DNA of 64,000 nt from Mobula hypostoma (lineage: Eukaryota), in the NCBI RefSeq assembly GCF_963921235.1, contig NC_086097.1, forward strand, positions 221,838,001 through 221,902,000, in the 5' to 3' direction. Positions within the stretch are counted from its first letter, which is position 1. Every line of letters starts with the position of its first letter. The translations under genes and the position numbers were made by a program. The notes beneath the pieces are model-generated. The model saw nothing but the letters and a program-made list of their open reading frames with translations, was not told where the DNA came from and ran no database searches. Shown here piece after piece: positions 25,355 to 39,112 of this stretch.

Positions 25355-26345
25355 TTAAGACAATAAGACATGCGAGCAGAATTTGGTCCTTCAGCCCATC
25401 AAGTCCGTTCTGCTTTTTGAACATGGCTGATTTATTTTTCCTCTCAACCTCATTCTCCTGCCTTCTCCCCATTAACCGGTGCCCTTATTGGTAAAGAACC
25501 ACTACTTTAAGTATATCCAATAACTGGGCCTCTGCAGCCATCTGTGCCAATGAACTCCACAAATTCATTACCCTCTGGCTAAAGAAATTCCTCCTCGTTT
25601 CTACTTTAAAGTGATGTCCCTCTATTCTGAATCTGTGCCCTCCAGTCCTAGATTCTCCCACTATTGGTAGCATCCTCTCCATGTCCACGATGTCCACCTT
25701 TTAACATTCAGTATGTTTCAATTAACTCCCTCCTCATTCTTCTAAACTCCACTGAGTACAGGCCCACTAACTCCTTCATTCTTAGAATCATTCTTCTAAA
25801 ACCTCCTCTGGACCTTCTTAAATGCCAGCGCATGCTTTCTTAGAAATGGGGCCCAAATCTGCTCATAATACTCCAAAAGTGGTGTGACCAATGCCTTATA
25901 AAGCCTCAAAGTTACATCCTTACTTTTATATTCTAGCCCTCTTGAAATGAATTCTAACATTGCATTCGCCTTCCTTACTCCTGACTCAATCTGCAAGTTA
26001 ACCTTTAGCGCATCCTGCATGAGGACTCCCGAGTTCCTTTGCACCTCAGATTTCTTAATTCACTCCCCATTTAGAAAATACTCTATGCCTTTATTCCTTC
26101 TATCAAAGTGCATGACCATACACTTCCCTGCACTGTATTCCGTCGGCCATTTGGCTACAAAGCCATTTATTCTGTCATCCACATCAGTAACAGATAATGT
26201 GAAAAGTAGTGGACCCAACTCTGACGTCTGCGGAACAATACTAGTCCCCTTTATTTCCACTCTTTGCCTTCTGCCACTCAGCCAATCTTCTGCCCATGCT
26301 ACTATCTTTCCTATAATACCATGGGCTCTAATCCTTGTCTGAGCA
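25355..26345 (-). mobile_element. Old CR1 RT/3' fragment
   Basis: ORFs 25485..25697, 25796..26044 and 26060..26356 translate to CR1 RT C-terminal motifs. Confidence 0.85.
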
Positions 26346-26639
26346 CTCCCCTCCACAATTCTACTGCTACTTAATCTCAGGTTTTAATCACCTGAGCACC
26401 TCCAATTCTCTGAAGATGCCAACAGTTGCCCAGTCTTTCCACACCCACCAAAATTTTGCCTTAGGGTGCTGACTGTGTGCCTCTGATTTATACCTCTGCC
26501 AATGCCTCTGGAGAGCAACCACCAATGCCCCTGCCAATGATCAGCAGTGCCCACTCTTTTCTAATCCTTCCTGCACCTTGACCCTCTTTCCTCTGAGACC
26601 GCTCATTTTCCATGACTTTCTTTGCACGGGGCGGCAGGA

Positions 26640-27046
26640 CAAGGGAAAGAGCTCCAATGCCCAGGATCAAAAGGCTCAGCCAGCTCCATCATGGACACAG
26701 GCCTCTCTACCGTTCGACCATATCTCAAAAGGTGTGCCTCAAGAAGGCAAGAAGCATGATTAAGGAGCGCCACCATCCAGATCATATACACTTCTCATTA
26801 CTACTATCAGGGAGGAGGGCTGGCATTCTGAAGACCCACACTCACTGTTTTAGGAATAACTTCTTCCCTCCATCACCAGATTTCTGAATGGTCCATGAAC
26901 CCACGAACATGACCTTGCTATTCCTTATTGCACTTCCTTTGTAACTTATGCTAATTCTTTATGTAATGCATTGTCCTACTGGCACAAAGCAGAAGATTTC
27001 ATGGCCTATTGCTGTATGTCAATAATAATAAGGCTGATTCTGATTC
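26640..27046 (+). mobile_element. Rex1-like 3' fragment
   Basis: CLKKARSMIK..HP..FSLLLSGRR..FRNNFFP; (CTGATT)n tail. Confidence 0.75.
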
Positions 27047-27404
27047 AGTGGAACTCAGTACACCAGTTCTGGATGGGATTGTAATGAATATAGACTAATG
27101 GACTAGAGCCAAAAGTGTTGTACACACACAGCACAGTGACAATCCTATATCTACGATCACCAGAGATATGAGGCTCTTGAAAGAATCAAAACTCTGGCCA
27201 TGTTATGGATGGCAACCACAATGATTTTGTGTATTTAGCAACTCTGATTTTGTTTTATTAACATTGTGCTAAAGTTATTTTTTAACTACTAATATACTGA
27301 AATTTCTCCCCTCTTTTTTGATCTTCACTTTACCACACATACTATTCCTGATTGAGGATGTGGAAACAGGAAGATTTGCTTTCCTTTGGTGCTAGCTGCC
27401 AATA

Positions 27405-28075
27405 ATCACAATTTCACGACACATGCCGGTGATAATAAACCTGATTCTGATTCTGAATCTGAATCCATATTTTTTTTTGTTTGTTTATTTATTCATTATT
27501 ATCATGCTCTTCTTTCTGTATTTGCACAATTTGTTGTCTTTTGCACATTGGTTGCCCATCCTTTTGTGCAGTTTTTCATTGTGTTTCTTTGTATCTATTG
27601 TGAATGTCCACAACAAAATGAACCTCAACATAGTGTATGGTGACATATATGCACTTCGGTAATAAATTTACTTTGAACTTTGAAATCACTTGGGATCTCT
27701 TATGTGTAAATGTTTTCCCACAATCCCTTATTAAAATGCTACCATTGTGTTTCCATATAACATAGAATGACACCACTCAAAGTTCAAAGTAACTTTATTC
27801 TCAAAGTACATATATTTCACCATATACAACCCAGAGATTCATTTTCTTATGGGTATACTAAAAAAATCCATAATTTGACAATAACCATAATAGAATCAAT
27901 GACAGACCGCACCAATGGGAATTTAACCGGTGTGCCAAATACACAAAATATGCAAATACAAAAAGAAAGAAATAATAATAATAAATAAATAAGCAATAAA
28001 TATTGAGAATGTGAGATGAAGAGTCTTTAGAAAGTGAGTCCGCAGGTTGTGAGAACACTTCAGTGATGAAGTGAT
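27405..28075. mobile_element. Cluster of Rex1-like 3'UTR fragments, including a tail-to-tail pair (27470-27685 +, 27775-28075 -)
   Basis: AATAAACCTGATTCTGATTCTGA tail; AATAAATTTACTTTGAACTTTGA on plus and its approximate reverse complement at ~27777. Confidence 0.65.
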
Positions 28076-28699
28076 CTGCCAGTGGATTCTGTACCAGCTC
28101 TCAGAGCGACTCCATTCTCCCTCAGGTCTCCCCATAATCTTCCCATTTTTCTCTGCCCATCAACGGGAAGAGGGTGTGATCACTGCATGGCGAATCATGA
28201 GGTCATTTTTGCTTTTATGACTCCATGGTGTCATTATTAGGATGAGTGATGTGTTTTGTACTGCTATTCTGACCTGTTAATGTTCTCTAAGCAGGCGCTC
28301 ACCAATGCAAACACATCGATCAAGAGTCCCAGGTCGCAAGGCTACTGCATTAGATCTGACTTTATTGGATGGAATGATGCCTGTTGATGAGATAAGGCCA
28401 CTGAGCTGGCTCAGCTGAATAAATATAGAAAATTATTAAGGGTATATCCCTCCACTGCAATGCTGAGAATTAAATGATGGGATCCTGTTCCTGTGCAGTA
28501 AGCTTATGGCTGTGAAACATAGATGACTTTCAGTATGACCCTGTGGCAAAGAAAACACCAAAAGAATATATCCTCCTACAAAATATATCAAATTAAAAAA
28601 AAACAATAAGATACATAATTGATATGATTAAAATCAATCATTTTGTTAACAAATTGCTAATGTTTCTTAAGAAGTTGTTTGTCTGCTGCACACACTCAA

Positions 28700-29756
28700 T
28701 TGTCACTTCATTAGGTTTGTGGTTTTCTGCTGCTATAACGCATCCACTTCAAGATTCAATATGTTATGTGTTCCGAGATGCTCTTCTGCAAATCACCATT
28801 GTAGCGTGTATTTGTTTTGAGTTACTGTTGCTTTCCTCTCTGCTTGAACTGATCTGGTCATTCTCAAAGTTCAAAGTAAATTTATTATGAAAGTACATCT
28901 ATGTCACCATACACAACACAGAGATTCACTTTCTTGTGGGCACACACGTTAAATCTAAGAAACATTATAGAATCAGTGAAAGACCACACCCAAAAGAACG
29001 GACAAACAACCAATGTGCAGAAGACAACAAACTATGCAAATACAAAAAAAATTAAATAAATATCGAGCACATGAGATGAAGAGACCTTGAAAGTGAGTCC
29101 ATTGGTTGTGCGAACAGTTCAGTGATGGGGCAAGTGAAGCTGAATGAAGCTATCCCCACTGGTTCAAGAGCCTAATGGCTGAGGGGTAATAACTGTTCCT
29201 GATCCTGGTGGGTGTGAGTACTGATGCTCCTGTACCTTCTTCCTGATGCTAGCAATGAGAAGGGAGCATGATCTGGATGGAGGGGTCCTTGATGATGGGT
29301 GCTGCTTTCCAGCAACAGCGCACTGTGCAGATATAGTGGGGAGGGCTTTATCTGTGATGGACCGAGCCACATCTATTTCTTTTTGTAGGGTTTCTCCTCT
29401 GAGGTCTCTCATTAACAAGCTGTTTTTACCTACAGAACTGCCACTCACTGAATGCTTTTTATTGCTTTTCACACCATTCTCTGTAAAAGCTAAACTGCTA
29501 TACATGAAAATTGCAGAAGATCATTTGTTTCTGTGATACTCAGACCAACCTGTCTTGCACGAGCAATTATTCCATGGTCAAAGTCACTTGGATCACATTT
29601 CTATCCCTTTCTGATGTTTAGTGTGAACAACATCTGAACTCCTTGACCATGTCTGCGTGCTTTTGTACATTGAGTTGCTCCCACATGATTGGCTGGTTAG
29701 ATACTGTATGTGAATTACTGAGCAGGTGTACCCAACAATGTGACCACTGAGTGCAT
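28700..29756. mobile_element. Tc1-like DNA transposon derivative interrupted by a Rex1-like fragment
   Basis: Colinear with 60250-61135; ends CAGGTGTACCCAACAATGTGACCACTGAGTG (Tc1-type TIR). Confidence 0.65.
28864..29390 (-). mobile_element. Rex1-like 3' fragment
   Basis: TCAAAGTTCAAAG tail; HPDHAPFSLLASGRRYRSI in ORF 29172..29372; TTCTC at both junctions. Confidence 0.75.
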
Positions 29757-29859
29757 ATAGTTCAGTGGCCATTTTGAGAGAGAAACTATATCTTTTGTAG
29801 CCACAGGAAACTGCAACTGATGAAACCTGAAGAAACAAGCAGGTCAAGCAGTGTCTCTG

Positions 29860-32421
29860 GAATAGACAATAGATAATAGGTGCAGGAGTAAGCCATTCAG
29901 CCCTTCGAGCCAGCACTGCCATTCACTGTGATCATGGCTGATCATCCATAATCAGTATCCAGTTCCTGCCTTATCCCCATGACCTTTGATTCCGCTATCT
30001 TTAAGAACTCTATCCATCTCTTCCTTGAAAGCATCCAGAGACTTGGCCTCCACAGCCTTCTGGGGCAGAGTATTCCATACATCCACCACTCTCTGGGTGA
30101 AAAAGTTTTTCCTCAACTCCGTTCTAAATGGCCTACCCCTTATTCTTAAACTGTGGCCTCTGGTTCTGGACTCACCCATCAGCGGGAACATGCTTCCTGC
30201 CTCCAGCATGTCCAATCCCTTGATAATCTTATATGTTTCAATAAGATCCCCTCTCAGCCTTCTAAATTCCAGAGTATACAAGCCCAGTCGCTCCAATCTT
30301 TCGACATATGATAGTCCCGCCATCCCGGGAATTAACCTTGTGAACTTACGCTGCACTCCCTCAATAGCAAGAATGCCCTTCCTCAAATTTGGAGACCAAA
30401 ACTGCACACAGTACTCCAGGTGTGGTCTCACCAGGGCCCTGTACAGCCCTGCAGAAGGACCTCTTTGCTCTTATACTCAATTTCCCTTGTTATGAAGGCC
30501 AGCATGCCATTAGCTTTCTTCACTGCCTGCTGTACTTGCATGCTTGCTTTCAGTGACTGATGTACAAGAACACCTAGATCTCGTTGTACTTCCCCTTTTC
30601 CTCACTTGACTCCATTTAGATAATAATCTGCCTTCCTGTTCTTACCACCAAAGTGGATAACCTCACATTTATCCACATTAAACTGCATCTGCCATGCATC
30701 TGCCCACTCACCCAGCATGTCCAAGTCACCCTGCATTCTCATAACATCCTCTTCACATTTCACACTGCCACCCAGCATTGTGTCATCGACAAATTTGCTA
30801 ATGTTACTTTTAATTCTCTCATCTAAATCATTAATATATATTGTAAACAGCTGCGGTCCCAGCACTGAACCCTGCGGTACCCCACTGGTCACCACCTACC
30901 ATTCCAAAAGGGACCCGTTAATCGCTACTCTTTGTTTTCTGTCAGCCAGCCAATTTTCAATCCATGTTAGTACTCTGCCTCCAATACCATGTGCCCTAAT
31001 TTTGCCCACTAATCTCCTATGTGGGACTTTATCAAAGGCTTTCTGAAAGTCCAGGTACACTACTTCCACTGGCTCTCCCTTGTCCATTTTCATAGTTACA
31101 TCCTCAAAAAATTCCAGAAGATTACTCAAGCACGATTTCCCCTTCGTAAATCCATGCTGGCTAGGACCAATCCTGTTACTACTATCCAGATGTGTCGTAA
31201 TTTCATCTTTTATAATTGACTCCAGCATCTTTCCCACCACCGATGTCAGTCTAACCGGTCTATAATTCCCTGTTTTCTCTCTTCCTCCCTTCTTGAAGAG
31301 AGGGGCAACATTAGCCACACTCCAATCCACAGGAACTGATCCTGAATCTATAGAACATTGGAAAATGATTACCAATGCGTCCACGATTTCTAAAGCCACC
31401 TCCTTAAGTACTCTGGGATGCAGACCATCAGGTCCCGGGAAGTTATCAGCCTTCAGACCCAACAGTCTATCCAACACTATTTCCCGCCTAATATAAATTT
31501 CCTTCATTTCATCCATTACCGTAGGTCCTTTGGCCACTATTACATCTGGGAGATTGTTTGTGTCTTCCCTAGTGAAGACAGATCCAAAGTACCTGTTCAA
31601 CTCGTCTGCCATTTCCTTGTTCCCCATAATAAATTCACCCGCTTCTGTCTTCAAGGTCCCAATTTTGGTCTTAACTATTATTTTCCTTTTCACATACCTA
31701 AAGAAGCTTTTACTATCCTCCTTTATATTCTTGGCTAGTTTACCTTCATACCTCATTTTTTCTCTGCGTATTGACTTTTTAGTTACCTTCTATTGCTCTT
31801 TAAAAGTTTCCCAATCCTCTGGCTTCTCACTCGTCTTTGCTATGTTATACTTCTCTTTTATTTTTATACTGTCTATTACTTCCCTTGTCAGCTATGGCCT
31901 CCCCTTACTCGCCTTAGGATCTTTCTTCCTCTTTGGAATGAACTGATCCTGCACCTTCTGCATTATTCCCAGAAACACTTGCTATTGCTGTTCCACTGTC
32001 ATCCCTGCTAGGGTATTGTTCCATTGAACTTTGGCCAGCTCCTCCCTCATAGCACCATAGTTCCCTTTGTTCAACTGTAATACTGACACTTCCGAGTTTC
32101 CCTTCTCCTTCTCAAATTGTAGATTAAAACTTATCATATTATGGTCACTACCTCCTAATGGCTCCTTTACGTCGAGGTCCCTGATCAAATCTGGTCCATT
32201 GCACAACACTAAATCTAGAATTGCGTTCTCTCTGGTAGGCTCCAGTACAAGCTGTTCTAAGAATCCATCTTGGAGGGACTCCACAAACGCCCTTTCTTGG
32301 GGTCCAGTACCAACCTGATTCCTCCAGTCTACCTGCATGTTGAAGTCCCCCATAACAACTGTAGCATCATCTTTGCGACATGCCAATTTTAACTCTTGAT
32401 TCAACTTACACCCTACATCCA
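29860..32421 (-). mobile_element. CR1 LINE, 5'-truncated within the endonuclease, moderately young
   Basis: Colinear ORFs 31982..32503 (MGDFN, SDHN), 30896..31756, 30602..30895 (KFVDDT) and 29952..30431; tail ATAGACAATAGATAATAG. Confidence 0.95.
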
Positions 32422-35400
32422 TGAATGAAATGGAGCGTTGACATTTTGGATCGAGACTTTCATCAGGCAGGGTCGCAAACCGAAATGTTAACTCTATACA
32501 CATTTATTCCAAGGTGGTTGAATATTGACTGTGTAAAAACCAATGAATATTTTGGCCAGATAATTGTCACTTTCTTGTGTGAAAAGATGAAGTTCTTCAT
32601 TTTCTGATAATGTTACAAGTGACAGCTTAATTTCTTCTTTCGTAAAAAGCCATTTTTGTGTAATTGAAAAAAGAAAAATAATAGTTAAAATTCATTTTAA
32701 CATGAATGCTTTGAAAATAGTTTTTGTTATTGGGTTCTAGATTATTGTGAAGAGAAGCAAGTGTTTAATGGCCCTCAGTCATATATATTCCTTGTCAGTG
32801 TGACTCCATGCCTGGTTTGTACTGCACAATCTGCTCACTTTTACATCAATACAATTTGTGAAGCACAACTGGCTCATTTCACAAGTCAAACATTTTTGAA
32901 ATGAAGAAATATGACAAAGAGCTGAAATCTTCTCTGAATGGATAATATAGTTTAATGTCACAAAGCCCTTTTCTCCAATGAATCAATTTTCTCTCATTAC
33001 AAGCAGTTTTTGACGGTTTTGTAATTCAAGCAGAAAATCCTATTGAGATTACTTTGAGGTAAACAGGAACGTAGTAGTCAAGAAAGAAGATTATACCACA
33101 TCTTTCTGTAGAAACAGCTGTGGCAACTATAAGATCATTAAGTGGGAAAATAATGGAAACCACATTATTTACCAATGTTTAAATTAATAAATGAAGTAAT
33201 TACAGAACATTTCCTGTGTTATTTTCAATGCAGATAATTCTCCTTTGAATTACAGAGTGATACTTTCAAAGTTGTTCTCTATCGTTTTCACTTGAGAAAA
33301 CAATTTTATGTCAGGAGAGCATTCTGGTCAAAATATTCATTGGTTTTCCACACAGTCAAAATGCAATAACCTTGGAGGAAATGACTTATAATAATTGTTC
33401 AAGCTCATTTACTTTTTGAAACCTGGTTGTGTTGCTCAGGCATCAACAACTTTCAGCACACTTTCCCCAGTGGAATAGCAGAGCAAACGGCCTAAATACC
33501 TCCCGGCGCCAGAAGAAAGTTCTCATGTAATAGATACCTCTCGGTGTTAAAACTCAAGATTCTGCACATTTTGTCAGTCAACTGCTTTGGTCTGGATTTG
33601 CTTTTCCTATTGACTTAGAATAAAATAATTTATCTGGTTGAAAAATTATATTTTTCTCTTACTTCTTTTGGTAACTGGCAGATTATAGGTTGCAACAGTG
33701 CATTGAAGATACGGTGATCTTTAACAACTGGAACCACACAAACAGCTCCAAGTGAAATGATTACTTCTATACAACAAACAGCAAGTAAAGGGAAATGACA
33801 AGTTACACAGGGTCTCATGTTTCAATCTTTCACAATCTGAAATGGGAAATGATATGTTTCACCACGGAAAAGATAGGGCAAGATAAAATGATTTTGTAAT
33901 TTAGATATTTCAGTTGCATTTCTAAATGATAAGTGTATTTGATAAGCACTTATCTGGAATCAAATGCAGACTGTTGTACCTAGCATAATCTAATAATATG
34001 AGAATTAAATTAACTGCACTAACAAAAGGTCTAACCCTTTACCCAAAATATTATTTTTGGTGGTCATTCTGTGATCCTGGGTGTATTATAGGATTTAAAC
34101 GATCTTAAAGATGGTAAATAAATCAGGGTGATGCCCAAATCTTGAATAACCATTTGAAGCAAATTGGCTGCATTTTACATTTTTGGAAAAGAAATTTTCA
34201 AGTAGATACTGAAAGAATTAATAATCCTAACTCTTACTAAGCTTGGTCACTCTACAAAACTTACCCTCTAGTCCATTGTGATTATTGATCAGACTGAGTT
34301 CCTTTACAGTTTATATAAAATCTCACAACAATTCCAGCATCTGCAGATTTCCTCATGTATGCGTTTTTAAAAGCCCAATACTCTTGTTTCTATATTATTT
34401 CCTCAAGCATCTAATTAAAAAATTGACGCATCTTCTCTGTTGCTCTGTATCTGCTACTTCCAGCTCCATCTGCTCTATTTGAAGATTTGTTAGCAAAAGT
34501 AAAATATCTCTGAGGAACTTACTGTTTGTTTTTCTTCATTTGTGGTGTCCAATTGTCTTTTAATTACAAATCAAAGCAAGAGATGTTTTGGAGAGACTTT
34601 TCTGAGCATTGGAAAGAAAAAAAACGTTAGAAGTGATCCAAGTGGAAAGATTAGTCATACTAAGAAAAGCTAATTCCTTGGGAAATCTGATGAGGATTCA
34701 AATCATGTTATAATTAACATGGGAACAGAAAGCTAATTGTGTCCAATCATTTCTTCTGAAATATTCATTTTGCTTCATCCTTTCCTCTGGGTTATTTCTG
34801 AACATTGGACACAAAAACATATATTTCTAGCATTAATCGGGTGGTTTTCATCATCGGAGACAGTAAGAATGCAAACATTTAGAATGATTGTAGCACTAGG
34901 GACACTTTAACATTTAGTTAAGGAATAGTACAGCCAAGAATTTTCTCTTTTCACACAGTGTTCTTAAGATTGTACTGATATTTAGAAGTGTGTATTTTTC
35001 CCAGAATTTCCTCTCAAATGTGTTTGAATAAAACTAGTACAGTGAGACTGCAATTTAAAACATTTTTTATTTTAAAAGTTTTGCTATGAAACTTTCCCTT
35101 GATATTGTTAAGATTGGTTGTTTGGTGCAGTGTTACTAATGCAGATGAAAATAGTTTAATTCAAAGCAAGATTTCTCAATGTCAACAAATAATCAGATTT
35201 CAAATAACTGAAAATAACCTCAACAAATTATATAAAATCATGTCATAGTTGTTTGGATGCACTAATATCCGTGTTTTGGTAAATTAAAAATCAATAGTTT
35301 TTAAAAAGAGCCTATGATCTTTTTGTACCTAAAATTAAAACAGTTTGAAGAGAATCTCTGAGGTCTAGGACTGTGAACACTTGATGGAAACTCCCATTGG

Positions 35401-35902
35401 TGATTAACCCTGAGGTGGAGACTAGCCCCCATTACAGGCAAGAATAGCTTCAGTCTGACATTATTAGAGCAGCACAAACAAATTCTGGAGATTCAGTCTG
35501 TGTGGAATGCAAGTGAACTTAAAATGCTGCAAACTGTTGGTCTTGATTTGGAGTTAATTGTGTTGAAAATGGAAACAACCCAATGAAAAGACTGGACCAG
35601 TATGTTTTCATGTGGGGTTGAATCAGTAATAATGGGACAGTTTGATGAAATTGATAAATTTGATTCATTTAATTTATTTATCACGTAACTGCTGTACGCC
35701 TACACTCTTGATTCAAAGCCTGGCAAGTCACAACAACTTTTTATGAACTGGCAAACGAGACGACAGTTCCTGTCGGGTGTTCCATCCATTATGAATAGAA
35801 AATCTTATCACACCTTTGACATAATATCCATTGATTCAATATCTCTCGTGGAAAAATTTACACATGGACTGTGCAAGTAGACAAAATATACCATGATAGC
35901 TA

Positions 35903-37060
35903 CAAGCAAGAGAAAATCTGCAGATGCTGGAAATCTAAGCAACACAAACAAAATGCTGGAGGAATTCAGCAGGCCAGGCAGCATCTATGGAAAACAGTCC
36001 AGTCAATGTTTTGGGCTGAGGCCCTTCAGCAGGACTGGAGAAAAAAAGACGAGGAGTAGATTTATAAGGTGGGGAAGGGGGGAGAGAAACACCAGGTGAG
36101 AGGTGAAACTGGGATTGGGAGGAATTACGTAAAGAGTTGGGAAGTTGATTGGTGAAAGAGATGCAAGGCTGGAGCAGTGGGGGTTCGATAGGAGAGAACA
36201 GAATTCCATGGAAGAAAGAAAAGGGAGGAGGAGAAGAACCAGACCTATGCAACACCCTTGTCCATTCATCGTCCCCACTGATCTCCCTCCTGGCACTTAC
36301 CCTTGCAAGCAGAGCAAATGCTACACATGGCCGTACACATTCCCCCTCACTCCCATTCAGGGCTACAAACAGTTCTTCCAGGTGAGGTGACACTTCACCT
36401 GTGAGCCTGTTGGGGTCATATACTATGTCTGGTGCTCCTGGTGTGGCCTCCTGTATATCGGTGAGACCCGACGTAGATTGGGAGATCGCTTCACCGAGCA
36501 CCTATACTCCATCCACCAGAAGAAGCAGGATTTCCCAGTGGCCACCCATATTAATTCCACTTCCCATTCCCATTCCGATATGTCAATCCATGGCCTCCTC
36601 TACTGTCACGATGAGGCCACACTCAGGATAGAGGAGCAACACCTTATATTCTGTCTGGATAGCCTCCAACCTGATGGTAGGAATATCAATTTCTAGAACT
36701 TCCAGTAAAGACCCTCCCCCTTCACCATTCCCCATTCCCCTTTCCCTCTGCTTGCTCACCCGCCTCCCTCTGGTTCTCTTCCCCTCTTTTCTTTCCTCCA
36801 TGGAATTCTGTCCTCTTCTATCAGACTCCAGCCCTGTATCTCTTCCACCAAACAACGTCCCAGCTCTTTCTTCATCCCTCCTCCTTCTGGTTTCACCTGT
36901 CACCTTGTGTTTCTCTCTCCCCTCCCCCACCTAATAAATCTACCCCTCATCTCTTTTTCTCCAATACGCCAGAAGGGTCTTGGCCCAAAACGTCAACTGT
37001 ACTTTTTTCCATAAATGCTGCCTGGCCTGCTGAGTTCCTCCAGCATTTTGTGTGTGTTAC
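35903..37060 (+). mobile_element. Penelope-like element 3' part (GIY-YIG endonuclease) with inverted terminal-repeat copy
   Basis: PGTYPCKQSKC linker, VIYYVWCSWCGLLYIGETRRRLGDRFTEH, LQPDGRNINF; 35903-36240 is an inverted copy of the 3' end (36760-37060). Confidence 0.9.
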
Positions 37061-37587
37061 TGTGATAGCTGTTGAGTACTGTGGTATGCTCTATAGGGAT
37101 CTTTGTGACATTCCACTATGAAGTCAGTCCTTTGTGTTCAGCCTATATGGATTTGAGAGACCAAATGGACTCTTCTTGTGCAGTAAACACCCTGTGATTT
37201 GAGAGCAGCACGGGAAATCAGGCTCTATTAAAGGAAGTGCTAATCATTTCCCCACAAATATGACATCCAACAACATTATTAACTGGCAGTCCCATTGCAC
37301 ATAAATTAATTATGTATTTTGTCAGGGAATGGAACTCCTTCTAACTTCAGCTTGGATTGTGCCAACTTCACCATCAAGAATTTACGTATCAGTCACAGGA
37401 TCCGTTAGATACAGGTGCTCCAGGGATTTGCCTGGTAGGATAATTGGTCTATGTCAGGCTAAGTGTGAATTAGCAGACCAATTGTGGCCTATTTTGTTTT
37501 CCCTTTGAGTTCCCAATGGATGACAACATTTTCAATAAGACATTTCTTTTACTGCCATTCACACATAAAATAACGTGGTTACTGATC

Positions 37588-38820
37588 AACGCATGCAAAA
37601 TTCTGCAGGAACTCAGCAGGTCAGGCAGCATCTATGGAAATGAAGAAGCAGTTAATGTTTTGGGCTGAGAGCCTTCATCAGGACTGGAAAAGAAGGGGGA
37701 AGATGCTGGCATACCAAGGTGGTGGGAAGAGAAGGAGGACAAGCTGGAAGGCGATAGGTGAAACCAGGTGGGTGGGAAAGGAAAAGGGCTGGAGGAGAAG
37801 GAATCTGATAAGAAAGGAGAGTGGACCAGGGGAGAAAGGGAAGAAGGAGGGGCACCAGGGGGAGGTGATTGGCAGGTGAGGAGGCCAGAGTGGGGAAGTT
37901 AAGATGATGAAAGAGGGAGGGGAAAAGAAAAGAAAAGAAATTTAAAATTTACTGGAAGGAAAAATCGATGTTCATGCCATCAGGTTGGAGGCTACCTGGA
38001 GAGAATATGAGGTGTTGTTCCTCCACCCTGAGAGACGCATCAGTGTGGCAGAAGAGACCATGAACCAGCATGTCAGAATGGGAATGGGGATAGGAATTAA
38101 AATGGTTGACCACCAGGAAATTCCGTTTTCTGCGTAGGGAACAGAGGTACTCGACAAAGCGGTTCCCCAAGTGCATGTTGGGTCTCACCAATAATAAGGA
38201 TACCTGATACAATAGACCTGATACAACAGATTTACAGGTGAAGTGTTGCCTCAGCTGAAAGGACTGTTTGGGGATCTGAATGGAAGTGAGGGAGGAGGTG
38301 AATGAACAGGTGTCGCTTACAGGGATATGTGCCAGGACAGAGATTAATGGCAAAGGATGAATGAGCAGGGCAATGACTGTGGGAAGTGGAGAGTGGGGAG
38401 AGAGGTAGGGAATGTAAGGATGTGTTTGGCGGTAGGGTCCCACTGGAGATAACGGAAGTTGCGGAGACTGGTATATTGGATGCAGAGGCTGATGGGATGA
38501 TAGATGAGGACAAGAGAAATTCTATCTATGTTAAGGCAGTGGGAAGAAAGGGTAAATGTTGATGTCCAGAAAATGGAGGAGATGTGGGTAAGGGCAGCTT
38601 CAATGGAGGAGGAAGGGAAACTCCATTCCTTGAAGAATGTGGGCATCACTGATGTCCTGGAATGAAAGCCTTATCCTGGGAACAGATGTGGTGGTGACAA
38701 TGGAATTGAGAAAAGGGAATAGTATTTTTACAGGATACAGGGTGGGAAGAGGTATAGTCATGATAGTCTTGAAAATTGGTAGGTTTATAAAAGATGTTGG
38801 CAGACAGTTTGTCTCCAGAA
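37588..38820 (-). mobile_element. Penelope-like element 3' half, degenerate
   Basis: ORFs 37949..38443 and 38344..38649 (LGNRFVEY, EEQHLIF, LQPDGMNIDF); same terminal repeat at 37588-37880. Confidence 0.88.
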
Positions 38821-38922
38821 TTGGAGTAATCAAGAAGGGTGTTATTGATCGTGGTATCTCAGCAAGCATATACAGAATATTAATGGATGTGACAAAGTTT
38901 AGAAAAAAAGCAATTGCTCACA

Positions 38923-39112
38923 TGAACAAGTGAAAATCTACAGATGCTGGAAATCCAAGCAACACACACAATACTGAAGGAACTCAGCAGGCCAGGCAGC
39001 ATCTATGGAAGAGAGTACAGTTGACCTGATGAAGGATCTCGGCCCAAAACGTCGACTGTACTCCTTTCCATAGATGCTGCCTGGCCTGCTGAGTTCCTCC
39101 AGAATTTTGTGT
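38923..39112. repeat. Head-to-head Penelope terminal repeats forming a hairpin around a hammerhead-like core
   Basis: ~38964-39025 is the imperfect reverse complement of 39051-39112; loop CTGATGAAGGATCTCGGCCCAAAAC. Confidence 0.85.
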
